DNA from: Flectonema sp. DT1601 | Lineage: Eukaryota | Assembly: GCA_964019425.1 (NCBI GenBank) | Contig: OZ025797.1 | Span: forward strand, 930,001 to 994,000 | Length of the DNA stretch: 64,000 nucleotides | Reading direction: 5' to 3' | Shown: positions 1 to 12,166 of the stretch, piece by piece | Layout of the letters: each line of letters opens with the position of its first letter | Position numbering within the stretch: the first letter of the stretch is position 1 | Position numbers and translations under genes: made by a program | Notes under the pieces: model-generated | What the model was told of the DNA's origin: nothing | The model's input: the letters and a program-made list of their open reading frames with translations, nothing else | Databases searched by the model: none

Positions 1-945
1 ATCTGTTAAGGATATAACAGTAAATTATGGTGGTGCTTTACTTAGCCTTTTGAAGTAACCATTAGGTTTCGAGATTAATCGTGACGAGGGGAAAATAGTG
101 AAGGGGAAAGTTGTAATTGGAGTTCCGACATAGAGAGCTGTGGAACTTATTAATAAAAAAAAGGAGGAAGGGGAAAGCTACTTGACTACCGGAGACTTTG
201 CAGGACCCAGTGGCCATAAGACTCATTGTATGTTAATGCTGTGAAACACTCAAAACAGACAGTAATTCCTACCACCTGTCTGATGTTTTATTTTTCCTCT
301 CTTTTTTTCATACCATGGCATATCAAAAGAATTCATCTTCTCATTTCCAAAAAAAAAAAAAAAAAAAAAAAGAAAAAGAAAATCAAAAAAACGTCAAAAC
401 AGCAGCGAACGACAGAAACAAAAAAAATTGAAGAAGAAAAATAAAAATAAATAAAAGCAGTGCGTAAGATGAATACTTGACTTTCTGAAGACAAGTAGAG
501 GACACTGCACTGCTAAGTAAGAGAACAGCTGAAGATGTCACATCTTCACTGAAGGGAACCATATGCACCTCATTCCAATTGATGTACACAAATTAGTGTA
601 CAGAGTAAGAGATTTTATAATAAAAAAAAGCGAACTCAGCTTGCTGCTCTATTTAACTGAACACATTAGTTTCAGGGCCTCTACAGAGTAAGAGATTGTT
701 CTCGCTGAAGGACACGTAATAATTCTATCAAGGAAGATACTATAACAGTTAAAACCCTTGTGTCTTAATTAACTAAAAAAAAAATTAAAAAAAAATGCAC
801 CAGTAGTAGCCATAACGGGACATCGAAAGTCGTAAAGAGCAATAAAAAAAAACCGGTTTCGCATTTGAAATAATAGTTTTTTGGGAGGAAAAAGTAAACC
901 TTCGCAACGAAACTCAAATACTTTTCCTACCACAAAAAAAATAAC

Positions 946-977
<32 letters not shown>

Positions 978-2145
978 GTGTAAAACACAGAAAAATAAGA
1001 GGGAGAAAAATAATAAGGAAATTTCTGTCCAGACACGCTGTTTTCCGTGACAACGAGAACCAATCACAGAAAATGAGGAAAATATGAACTCGCAATTAAA
1101 AAAGAGAGACAATATGGAATACAAGCGTCCTATTCCTTGAGGCAGGTATAAGTCTCCATACTCTACTAATTATGAGTAAAACAATACAATACAAAGAGTA
1201 CCGTAACGTAAACTAAAGCCATCCAATACCTTTGCTTGATGCTTTTGGGAAGACAAGCAGAAGCTAAGCTTCCGCAAGAAGCTGATTCTAACCGTGAGCA
1301 ACATCAGGCACTGGGAATTATTTTATTAAAACTACATTTTTAATGATTACTTTTTGCAAAAAAAGGTTTAGCAGCACTCTCCTAAAAAGTGTAAACAAAT
1401 TACTTGTTTTTTTTGTTTTTTTTTTTTGTTTAAATTGAAAAGAACACACCACACGCGTCTAATGATCTGACACCAATCATGTGGTAGCAGAAAGTTAGAG
1501 GACGTAAAAAGATACAAAAGCCAGGTGGCTCCAACTTGACAAGTCTATTTGCATCTTTGGAATTGAAATAACAGTTTGAAGCAATTCGCTCAACACGTCC
1601 AAAAAGAAAAACACAACTTGAGTTGCACTTGAAAGAAAGGAGGGGAGGGAAAAGTTGGGGCAATTCCACGTAAAACATTTGCAGAGTAAAGAAAATGCGG
1701 TGCAGAGACGACCACATAATAAGGGAGGCAAAGAGTACAAATAATGTGACTTTGCTTTAAGTCAGAAAAATACCGAGCGGAAAAGAACTGGAAGAACTAC
1801 AGTACACTACCGTCAGAAAACAGAGCATGTAAGATTGAACCCCCATTTATTTCAATTATTTTTTCTTATTCTTTTTTTCTTATTCCATTCTCTTTCAAAG
1901 TCAAGTCAAAGGGCTGTTAGGCAGCATCGAAGCAAGAGTGCATCTGGAGAGGTGATAACCAACTTTTTTTTCACAATTTCTTTTTTTCTTTATCGAGAAC
2001 ATCACACTACCTGCCGTAACAGCAGCACTGTGAAGTACTAAAAACTGGGTGGCGGTTTTTTTCTACCACACCACTAAGTCAGCAGTTTTGCAACGCTGTT
2101 GAGATGAAAAGGGATTGGGCTTTGCGATGCACGATTACAGGGTCA

Positions 2146-3327
2146 CTAACATTGAAGCTTTGATTCACAACAGTGTTGGCACGCTTTTGACTCGCAACTA
2201 TCTGAAGACTCTGGGTAGTGCGAGAATGTATAATGTCCATCATTCATACTCGCGATCACTCTCATACCATTTGATGCAGAGTTGTTCAATGATTTCCGCA
2301 TCAATAAGTTCTTTAAATTATTTTGAGGTGACGCTGACGGTTCCCAACCCTCTGGCAGATCAGCAAGCGGTGCATCAGGGTCCGGTGAGGACCCACTTCT
2401 GTACAAGTGAAGTGACTTACAAGGTCCACTACAACTGTTATTATAGAAGTCCAGACACTTAGTGTGTGCCTTCTTCAGGTCTGTAAGCCACTCTCTACCA
2501 CAGACGAGGCAACGAAGAGGGTCAAATGGAGACTTCTTGCGGACCTTCTTCATCAGTCTCCAGGCGTTGTGTTTGCATGGGCGGCCTTCCAGGTACGAAA
2601 GCGGATGTCTTTCTTCCTCTTCGCTCTTAGTTGACTCGCTGTCAGTGGTGGAGGCAATTGAAATGGTCGGCAGCTCAGCATTGAGCAACTGCGGAGAGCA
2701 AGTTGACTGCACGATTGGGGTAGAGCAATGCACAGGAGTTCCATTTACTTGAATTGGCTGATACTGTTGTGGGTACTGAACCACCTGAGGAACCACTGGC
2801 TGCTGTGGCTGCTGGTAAATCGGCTGCAGCTGTTGTTGCTGCTGTTGCATTTGTTGTAATTGCTGCTGCTGTTGCTGAAGTTGCTGTTGCTGAAGTTGTT
2901 GCTGCTGCTGCAGTTGCTGAAGCTGCTGTTGCTGTTGCGGATACATTTGCTGAACAGGAATATCAGTCCCCAAACATTGAGTAGTCTGTTGGTGATGTTG
3001 ATACACCGCAGGAAGAGGTGCTGCTGCAGCAGGTAAAGCAATTGGAGGAATATAACTTTTATTTAAAACGAGCTGTCCCTCAGGTGTGTGCACTGAAATC
3101 TTCCTCCCGGAGTCTTCGATGAATAAACTTCCACTTCTACTTGCCCTGCTCGCTGTATCAGTTTCACTAACAACACTCATCATTGATGATCTTCTGAACT
3201 CATCAATGCTCAAAGCTGATAACATATCACTTGTTGCACTACTTCTCGCATCGTAACTGTGATTGGATTCGCACCATACCTGTGATGCGAGTGACCCTCT
3301 TGAAACTTGCAAAGCACCCTCGTTCAT
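2146..3327 (-). CDS. Poly-Q protein with C-terminal Cys/His-rich putative zinc-binding domain
   Basis: Long ORF. Likely ATG at 3327 (MNEGALQ...) just after a pyrimidine-rich ...TTTCCCAG acceptor. Gln-rich CAG/CAA tract at ~2826-2940. PCKHNAW...LRCLVCGREW...KCLDFYNNSCSGPCKSLH motif at ~2398-2580. Confidence 0.8.
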   Translation of the reverse strand: MNEGALQVSRGSLASQVWCESNHSYDARSSATSDMLSALSIDEFRRSSMMSVVSETDTASRASRSGSLFIEDSGRKISVHTPEGQLVLNKSYIPPIALPAAAAPLPAVYQHHQQTTQCLGTDIPVQQMYPQQQQQLQQLQQQQQLQQQQLQQQQQQLQQMQQQQQQLQPIYQQPQQPVVPQVVQYPQQYQPIQVNGTPVHCSTPIVQSTCSPQLLNAELPTISIASTTDSESTKSEEEERHPLSYLEGRPCKHNAWRLMKKVRKKSPFDPLRCLVCGREWLTDLKKAHTKCLDFYNNSCSGPCKSLHLYRSGSSPDPDAPLADLPEGWEPSASPQNNLKNLLMRKSLNNSASNGMRVIASMNDGHYTFSHYPESSDSCESKACQHCCESKLQC

Positions 3328-4155
3328 TGTGAGTGTCGCTGGGAAAGTAATACTTGACAAAAAAGAGATATGGGAAAAAGAAAAACACAACACCGACACC
3401 TATGCGACCATTCATCTGATGTAGTTTTTTAAGGACCTTTAACGAAGAGAATAAATGAGCGATGATATTTACTATTTTTTTAAAGCAAATTTTTTGCATT
3501 GTCGGATTCCTCAGAACAGAACATAAGTTCATTATTTTTTTTTTTTTACTTATTTTTTTTTTTTTTTTTATTCAACTTTTTCAGATAACTACATAAAAGG
3601 GGGGGTTGAATATTTGAATTTGTAAAACATAAACAATTGTTAACCTCTGCTAAAGATACATACAGCGACTGCGGTGATGCTTAACTTAGCCTTTTGAAGT
3701 AACTATTTTAAGGGCATGAAAAAATCTTTTTACGGGAGTATAGAACATCTTTCCCCCTTTTTTTTTTCTAAAAAAAAAAAAAAAATGATATTTCATTTGC
3801 ATAACAAGAAGCACAAGAAACTCTGATTAGGAAAGTTTTGTAATTGCGAGACATTTGATGATTATTCAACAAGGATGAAAACCGTAAAAACGAAAAACTA
3901 TTATTATTATTATTTTTTTTTTTTTAATTGGGTTTTTCATTTAAAAGTAGCAAACCAATGATACTCGACTTACTAATCGGTCAAGTTTCCATTTTTGGAA
4001 TTTATTTTTTCAAAGTAATCGGGATAGCAAAAATAAGCAGCTCAAATTCAAGTATTTTTTTTTCTTTTCCCAAATAGCCAAAATTTGGTTTTTACATGTT
4101 GCGAAGTTCGAACAGGGAAATAGAGGGTGGGAACAGCATTGTGCATCAATGATAC

Positions 4156-4186
<31 letters not shown>

Positions 4187-5678
4187 CTTTCTATTTTTTT
4201 TTTTCCCACCAGTCTGTTCTTGATGAATGCAATTACAAATTCGTATTACTCGACGAACAAAGAACCCGATTAACAATTAAATTTAAAAAAAAAAATAAGT
4301 AAACAAACTTCAACATTGATAATTTCAAAACTACATCTGTGCACAAAACAAACTAGCCTAGACTACGTGAACAGGAATACAGGGCAAACTGTACTGTAAT
4401 TAGCGAATAAGAAAACGCTGCTACTGATTGCTTGATCGAATAAAGAACAAAAGAAACATCGGTTCAACGAAAGCCACCCAACATGACCCACAAAGACCTA
4501 TTTGAGCGCACACACACAAACCATCAGTAAACGACAGGAGCAGTTGCGCACGAATGAAACATGGGTGGGGGGACAATTAAAAATCAGTAAAAAAAGAAGA
4601 AAAAAATTAAAAAGTAAGCACACGGAAAAAAACAACAAATACATCCCCCTGATATTCTCTTACAGAAGGAAGAATTCATCAATCGGCTTAGGAACGAGGC
4701 ATTAATGTAGTAGAACACTACACTGAATTCCAAGTACCATATTCAAACAGAGAACTCAGGAGAGAATAATGTTTACCCACGTAACAAGCTGAACATAGGA
4801 TTTTAATTCTAAAAAAAAGAAAAGAAAAAAATTGGGGTAATGAAAAACAGTAGAGAATCTGACTTGACTATTTTATATGAACGTTTTTTTAATCGTTTTA
4901 AACTTTTTTACAAAAAAAAAAAAAAAAAAAAAAGGGGGGGCAAATTGATACTTCATTATCAAGCTCAGAGGAACAACAACAATCTCTCAGACAATCTTGG
5001 GAAGGAAAGACATGTCACTCCGGACCGCCCATCATAAAGGGACAATGCACAACACTTTTTTTTTCCCCCCCAATGTCCAACATAATAATTTAGAACATTC
5101 CCCACATGATGACAAAAACGTTTGCTTTGGCTGACACTATTGAATAATATGGTGTGCAACACTAAAAATAAAAAATAAAATAAAACGCACAAATAATATA
5201 AGTAGCTGAGCAGCAGGAATGACAAAGGCAACCTAGGCTAAGGTGGATTGACACTATTGCAATGATACAACAGGGGGAATAAGACTAAAAGAAATTGAGA
5301 GAATAAATAAATCCAACATTATTATTATTATTATTTTTCCTTTTTTTTGATGGGTCAACAACGGGACGGAAACAAAGAAGAGAAAAACTGATATTTTTTG
5401 TGGGGATGCGAGGAAACTTTTCCCAACTAATTCCCGACCTTAATTTTCTCCCCTTTTTTCCCTGTTTTTTTATTTTCTACACAGGGTGCCTGTCTCCCAA
5501 GCAACTCCACTATATTCTTTGCACGAATGGCGTTTTCAGCTTGACTATGTGCAATTTTGTCTACGAACTGTGTGGGCGGACTTGCACTCAACACACGTCA
5601 CAGTACGTAACTTCCAACAAACCGGTCTTTTCGAAGTCCCATTGCATGGTTTTGAAACAACGCATATCAGCGATGTGA

Positions 5679-7575
5679 TCACAAGGATGAGAAGGCTTGC
5701 TTGAATAACAACCCGACTGATGTAAATCCGTAACCGAGAATAGCCACCTTAAGACCAACGTCGAAGAAGGTGTTCCTGTGATAGTTGTGATAATGAAATG
5801 AGGAAATGAAACACTGAAATGAATAAGAAATAATTTACATACTGTTCCCCATCTCTGTATTTCATCCAAAAGTGAACTGAGATTGGTAGGAGATAAATCC
5901 AAATTAGTCCACAGACACCTCCACCAATGGAAGCAATGTCACCTACTCCTATTCCAAATGCTGCTGGGATACCAGCGAGTAAGATTATAAGCATACTCAC
6001 AGCCTGTGGAGGTTATTGTTTGTTTGTTTACATACAACGTCATACAAAAGATTGCTCAGAATGAAAAAACAATATACATACTCCGTTAACGTATACGTTA
6101 TTAGGAAGACTCTTGTAGAAAGTAAATATCTGTGATCTGCAAAGGAATACTAGTAGTGGGTACACCATACAAATTTGAAATACGACTGAGATTCTCGCAA
6201 TGAGAGCGAACTTATCATCATAAGGAAACATTTCAAGGAAGTTCTGCTCAATAGGACAGTGTCTGAATCCCGCGATGGACATTAGTCCAGGAGCGAGGTA
6301 GCACATGGCAGTTCCAAAGTAACCAAGGAACATATCTCTGCCATTCTTGTCAGGATTTTTCGAAGATCCTAAAATTGGGCAAATTAAATTATGTAAAAAG
6401 AACGAAAGACAAAGAACAGATGCTAATTGAGGCCAAGTACTCGTGTACATCGCGAAGTTATCAACATCAGAATCTTCAGATCCCGTCGATGACGATGATG
6501 ATGAAGGACACGTATCACTATTGAAAGCCATAATAGATTTAATTATAATAAATGACATGTTGAACAACACAAAGACGATAGCAAAGGTACTGGCCTTGAA
6601 AAGAGGTTCGAGATTCTTTACAAACGACACTACCCATTCGATTCCAGCAATCAAAAGAGCGATGTTAAATTTACTTATAAAGGATGATGAGTCCTTTTTA
6701 AAACATCCAACAACACTTTGAGTCGCATAAATGTGGTATGACATCAACGCCACAATCAACACCAACGTACTCGTCCACGTCGCGATGACTTCAACAAGTG
6801 GTGACATTCTCCTAAGTACAGAGAAGTAGTCTTTTTCTTTCAAAACCTTCGCTTGTAAAAAGATCATTCTTACAGTGTACAGAGAGACACAGAAACCTCC
6901 CACAAATACAACTAAACTCATTAAGAATCCGGCCTGTCCAAACGCCCATGGAAGAGACAACATAGTCGATCCACACATAGTCGTCCATATTGTGAAAATA
7001 ATTGAAATTGAACCTCCTCCTTTGACACCACTTTGATTATTTAAGAATGAATCTAACCAAACAATTTGATAAAAGACAGCATCATCAACAGTAGTTAAGT
7101 GTTCGTGGTCTTCAATGGGTTGTTCAAGAAGATGATCGAATGCTGTTGCGTCTTCGTCTGTTTCTCCAGTTTGACGAGCGTACTTCACACCTGCTTCGTA
7201 ATAGGCCTTTCGGTTCCATTGAGGGTGAGATCTTCCCATAAGCATGGGAGTGTGAGTGTCTTCACAATATTGTTTTGGACTTTCTGGAGGGCTTGCGGTT
7301 TCTTTGCTGTCGAGAATCCCCGTTGGTGTTTCACCACTTGGTGATGGAGGAGGTAACTGCCCTGTTGGCATTGTTCCACTTGATGGGTGCTTTGATAATA
7401 CAATCCTTCCATGAACCATAGGACTCTTTCCAAAATCACCTGCTTGTGGAGAACTTCTTCTCATACTCAAACTCCCCATACTTGTTTGCGACAACTGCCG
7501 CTGTGCTGCTGGAATTTGTTGCACAGCTGACCTTCCCTCCTCCATGGATGATAAGTTATTTTCATTGTTTTGCAT
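5679..7575 (-). CDS. SLC38A9: Amino acid transporter (Aa_trans/APC fold), SLC38A9-like; 3 exons: 7575-6082, 6003-5843, 5775-5679
   Basis: IFTIWTTMCGSTMLSLPWAFGQAGF resembles SLC38A9 TM1. Long hydrophilic N-terminus and many TM helices. Introns 6081-6004 and 5842-5776 (both GTATGT...CAG) splice in frame and add final TM segments ending ...KVAILGYGFTSVGLLFKQAFSSL*. Confidence 0.85.
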
Positions 7576-7969
7576 ACTCTCCCCCTCACTGAAAGAATAA
7601 CTTAAGAAGGTAAGTATCAATTATTAAGTTACAACATACATTTATTATGTTAACCAGTCAGTTAAAACACGAATCAAACTCCTCGATTAGGAGAACCCTT
7701 TTATTTCAAAGGGGTTAGGGTAGCGGTAAGGTATCTAATAATATTTTGGTAATCTTTAACTACCATCCACAATAATAAAAATGTGTAAGGTTTTCAATTG
7801 TGTAAAAGTAATTACCACTATTTATCGATGTTTTGAATTATTGAAGCTACAAAGAATATCACATAAAATACATCTATAATCACACGTTGCAATATGTCAT
7901 TACTGTCGCTGTGTCTCCAGACGAGATCTAACGAGATCCCTCTTTTGACGTTCTGTCAACTGTCAACCG

Positions 7970-8898
7970 TCACGTCTCAGCTGCTACAAGAGATATAGGT
8001 GGTAGTGATACAATACCGTGGGGAGATGGCAACTGAACAATCACCTGTTTGTTTGTTTTTTTTACCTACAAACCAATTGTTCGAAAGTTTGTCTGGGACT
8101 AAAGCTTTGCTCAAAAAAAAAAAAGAAGGAAAAAAAAAATACCTTATATCCCGTGGATTTCACGACTCCAGTTTTTCCGTTTAGTTCAGGCTCGAGTAGA
8201 AGTCTTCGAATCGTGACTGTGTCACCTTTATTAATATTAGTATTGCCAGACATTGGTTGAAGGTCACTAGTTTGAAAGCAACGAATACCAACAGAATCGA
8301 TTGCAATAAATGCTGTTTGTTGAGTACCTTTAACTATTCCCTTCTGATCATTTAGAGTAGTGTTGATGGCGAGGTTTTTAACTCTGACACATGAACCGTT
8401 TTTGTGAGTTGGTTGCGATGTAGAAGTTTCTAAAACATTTATATTGTAGGAATCTATAGCATGACTTTCCCCTTCAATCCAGGTAAATATTTTTGTTGTG
8501 AATCCCAATACCTTTCCTCGCTTTCCATTAAGTCCCATGTCAAGAGTCATCCCGCATACCTCTACTGTGTCTCCTTTGAGGATGCATGCATGTCCTCCAA
8601 GATTTCGTATTTGAGTCGTTGCTATACTTCGTCGTTCTCCATTATCCATTGAGAGAGCTACTTCATTTTGCTTTCCCATTATCTTTCCTTTCTTACCATT
8701 CATCTCTTTTCTTACTAACATATTTACTATTTCTATGGAAGCTCCTTTCACGAATTTCATATTCTCCTTATCAACAACTTCTTGAAAGTGACTCAAAAAG
8801 AATTGCGCTGCATTCACTGGACGTTCCTTTAGCAGGCTGGCTAGAGCTTCATCAATAAGATCGGGTATTCCCTTACTTCTTAGGTAGTCGACAGCCAT
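7970..8898 (-). CDS. RIIa/Dpy-30-like dimerization-docking domain plus four SH3/KOW-like repeats; 2 exons: 8898-8143, 8044-7970
   Basis: N-terminal DYLRSKGIPDLIDEALASLLKERPVNAAQFF is a typical D/D helix pair. Four repeats of G-x2-[VI]-x-[VI]-x2-[LM]-x4-[LM]N[GD]-x2-G-x-[VI]. Intron 8142-8045 (GTATTT...AAACAG) is in frame and completes the last repeat (VIVQLPSPHGIVSLPPISLVAAET*). Confidence 0.8.
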
Positions 8899-9176
8899 AT
8901 TTTAATTCCTTTCGGAGCTTGTTGTTAAATGTAAGTAACCAAATTAATTCAACGTCACGAAACGCTCTTAATTATTTTCCTGCAATACAAAAGGAAGAGA
9001 GGGGTGGAAATGTTACCCAACTAACTACACCACCACCAGAGCAGTACTTGTATTCAGATATTCTATAATAAAATCTAACGAAGGAATAAACGACGACACT
9101 GAAATTACGAAACTAAACTACAAATCAAATCAATTGGTATTCTCTGTCAGGAGGTTCACAATAGAGTCACAATGGA

Positions 9177-10850
9177 TTATTTTCTTATTTCCTGAAGCAT
9201 CTTGTTGACGTATTCAAGCTTGGCATCTCGTTGTCGTTTTTCTTCGAGAAGTCGATGCTGTTCAGCAACAAGGTCAGCGACGTTTAAATCAGATATGTCA
9301 AGGTGTACTTCACGAATATCAACACGATTGGATTCGAGATGTCTTTGAGTCGGATGTTGAGGACTACCTGATGAACTTTTAACTACACGAAACTGACTCC
9401 CATCAGAACCCTCTCGACTAGGAGGTGAGCTGCTTCCAAAGCGCTTTGGAGGAGTAGAACTATCATCTTGATAAAGTACACGAGTTGTACTAACTGAATT
9501 ACGATCACTGTTATTACTATACGATAAGTCATGTTTACCTTCTGGTGATGGTGTCACAGGTGACGGTGCAGTAGTATCCCCCGCAGGACTGTTACTGACG
9601 TCTAAGAAAGTATCATCTGCATTACTCGCTTCCACCTTTTGAGGAGAAGTTTTCTTCGTTCTTCTCGGAGGAGTTGCAATTCCACTCCGCTGCAGCGCGG
9701 TGATACTTTCTTTCAACAATTGACGAGTTTGAGACCTCAACCCAGACGAACTCCTCATCGAACTGTTATTACCTGGACTGTTATTGGCTCCAAACCGATC
9801 GATTTCTCTCTTAAGAGAAACCGATTGGTCCATTAACTGTTTTAAGAAAGCATCTTTCTCTTGGATTGGAGAAGAAGGAGGTTTACTTGGGAATACATCA
9901 GTGATTGACCCATAATTAGCCATTAAATCAGAAATTGATACTTTATCATGAATAACCACATCTCGTGAATTAGAACGTTGTCTGCCCACAGAGGTCGATG
10001 GCAGAGACGGAGAAGAACTTCGCCCACTCCGAATAGATCTCCTCGAAGCAGAAACAGACCTTCCTTGAACGGGTAACGGAGAAGTGCTGTACGGAGAGAT
10101 CTCTTGTCCTCTATCTCGTACTCTACCACGCTTTTTAAGTGGATCTGGAGGAGGAGCTGAGTTTGGTAGGTACCTCAACGGCATGGTTACTTTCGGATTT
10201 CTTTTTAGTTTAACCGGATGCTTTGGTAGAGAAGCAGTGCTCGCAGTTATTGAGGATCTTAAATTTGAAGGTCTTTTCCCCAGACCGACTTCTGCCGCCG
10301 TCCTGAGTCCGTAATCTGCCGTCGGAGAGTAGACACGTCCAGTAGGACTCTGTTGTCGTTTTCTGCGAGGTTCATGTTGAAGTATTCCAGGTACAGGTTG
10401 TACTACTGGTTTTGTATTTGGTCTTCGATGGAGTTCCTCGATAACCATTCTGGACGAGGATCTGTTGAATGAAACGGGTCTCTCTTCAATCATTCTGGAG
10501 AGTGTGTCAATCTCAAACTGTAATACCGTTTCTGCGTCACCTTCACTTGGGTTCGATTGCGGTGTAGCTTGACGAGATTGCGGTGTAGCTTGGTGCGATT
10601 GCGGCGTAGCTTGACGCGATTGCGGTGTAGCTTGGTGCGATTGCGGTGTAGCTTGACGCGATTGCGGTGTCTGACGCGACTGCGGTGTAGCTTGGCGCGG
10701 AGGTGTTGTTTTCCGAGGAGTTCGCTTCTCTACCTGCTTATGGTAATGAACATTTTTACGTGCATACCCCCCATCATCCAACTCGTACTCCAACGGAGGC
10801 CCCCCCCTCTGAACTTGATTTTGAGGGCTCGGTGTTCGCATGCCTCTCAT
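9177..10850 (-). CDS. Ser/Pro/Arg-rich, largely disordered hypothetical protein with heptad repeat and C-terminal coiled coil
   Basis: 557-aa ORF with higher GC than its flanks. U-rich tract plus AG just upstream of the ATG. No recognised globular domain. Confidence 0.75.
   Translation of the reverse strand: MRGMRTPSPQNQVQRGGPPLEYELDDGGYARKNVHYHKQVEKRTPRKTTPPRQATPQSRQTPQSRQATPQSHQATPQSRQATPQSHQATPQSRQATPQSNPSEGDAETVLQFEIDTLSRMIEERPVSFNRSSSRMVIEELHRRPNTKPVVQPVPGILQHEPRRKRQQSPTGRVYSPTADYGLRTAAEVGLGKRPSNLRSSITASTASLPKHPVKLKRNPKVTMPLRYLPNSAPPPDPLKKRGRVRDRGQEISPYSTSPLPVQGRSVSASRRSIRSGRSSSPSLPSTSVGRQRSNSRDVVIHDKVSISDLMANYGSITDVFPSKPPSSPIQEKDAFLKQLMDQSVSLKREIDRFGANNSPGNNSSMRSSSGLRSQTRQLLKESITALQRSGIATPPRRTKKTSPQKVEASNADDTFLDVSNSPAGDTTAPSPVTPSPEGKHDLSYSNNSDRNSVSTTRVLYQDDSSTPPKRFGSSSPPSREGSDGSQFRVVKSSSGSPQHPTQRHLESNRVDIREVHLDISDLNVADLVAEQHRLLEEKRQRDAKLEYVNKMLQEIRK
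10555..10697 (-). repeat. 21-bp coding tandem repeat encoding (Q-A-T-P-Q-S-R/H) x ~7
   Basis: Plus-strand unit ttgcggtgtagcttg(a/g)(c/t)gcga repeated; one unit lacks a codon. Confidence 0.9.
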
Positions 10851-11340
10851 CTTGAACCCCCCTCACCGGTTCTGAAAAAATAAAAATAAAAATTAAAAAT
10901 TAAAAAGAAAAAAGGAATCCCAGCACAAACTTCATTATTTCGATATATTTCCCAACTTTTGGACCATATCATTTTTTGTGTATAATTTCTCTGAGGGTTA
11001 AGCTTTTTATATAATTCAAACAAAAATACACACAAAAAGAATTTTCCACATTATTCAAAAGACAAGAATAATTCGGAAAGGTACTCCAACGTTAGTCATA
11101 CTACAGCCAGCTTGCCCTTTACTTGTCGTAATCACGTTGAGCTGTTTACCAGGCAATACAATGCACCTGATTCCATCAAAACGAATATTTCAGATTGATA
11201 CATTACCAAATAGTAATAGCATTCACCCACTCACGCACAGTGAGAGTCAACAACATAAGCAGTATTGATAAAAATAAATAAAAGAATAATTGGCTTTATC
11301 TTAAACTCTGCAGAATATAGTATAGTATTATATTACTGTT

Positions 11341-11445
11341 TTGTTTATGCACGAAACCGTGAACCGACTTAAAGTGTTAAAGCTGAAGGAGGTTTCATGT
11401 GTGCTGCCCAACATTCTTTTTCATTTCTTACAATACTTGTTGAAT

Positions 11446-11479
<34 letters not shown>

Positions 11480-11870
11480 TTTCTGGACAACAAAAAGAAG
11501 TTGTAAGCTGGGGTAATAATGTTTAATACCGGGTTTGCTGATGTTATTTGTGAGACAGTGAGAGGTAAGTAAAATGACTCGTTGGGTTTACCATTTTTTT
11601 TTTTTCCCCCCCCCAGCAAAATAATAAACCAAAAGGGGTAATTTGATACTGCATTTTCAAGCTCAAAGGGGGAAAAAATCAAAACTATTTCACCATGTCA
11701 ATTTGATAGGTGAAATGTTAGCAACGGTAAAAACAGTAACAACTTCAGGTATCAAAATTAATCAAAGAAAAGGTACGTTTAGAAAAAGGGAAACATAAAA
11801 GAGAAATATTTTTGTTTTATTGACCAGAAGACGCGTCGAATCTGGTAATTCGGACCAGGTTGAGCGTCCC
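11341..11870. repeat. Mosaic of dispersed repeat modules shared with ~29235-29296, ~31899-32020, ~4934-4970 and ~62027-62047
   Basis: Shared blocks tgttt.tgcacgaaa.cgtgaaccgact.aa, cggtaaaaaca.taacaactt.aggt, gtcgaa.ctggtaattcgg and ggggtaatttgatact. Confidence 0.7.
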
Positions 11871-12166
11871 GTGTCCTGTACTGTACAACTTGATAGCGGG
11901 GCAATCCATGAAAAGAAATAAATCGTCTGACGTAGTTAGCCTCATTAACCTCTTACAAGGTGTACACTAATTCCATTTTTCGACAGATTTTCAAAGGATT
12001 CTCCGATTCTCCCGTTGGCAGATCTTCACGCTGAACAATATTAAATGGGACAGAAGCCCCAGGAGAGAGCACACTCATAATTCTTAACTACAGACCACTA
12101 ATACTACAGACCACTAATAGGAAGTGATCAACTCATCTCTTTTACTAAAAAGAGAATAGATGTTCG

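Noticed and set aside
12088..12119. 16-bp direct repeat actacagaccactaat x2
   Set aside because: Simple local slippage duplication in a 3'-UTR with no further structure.
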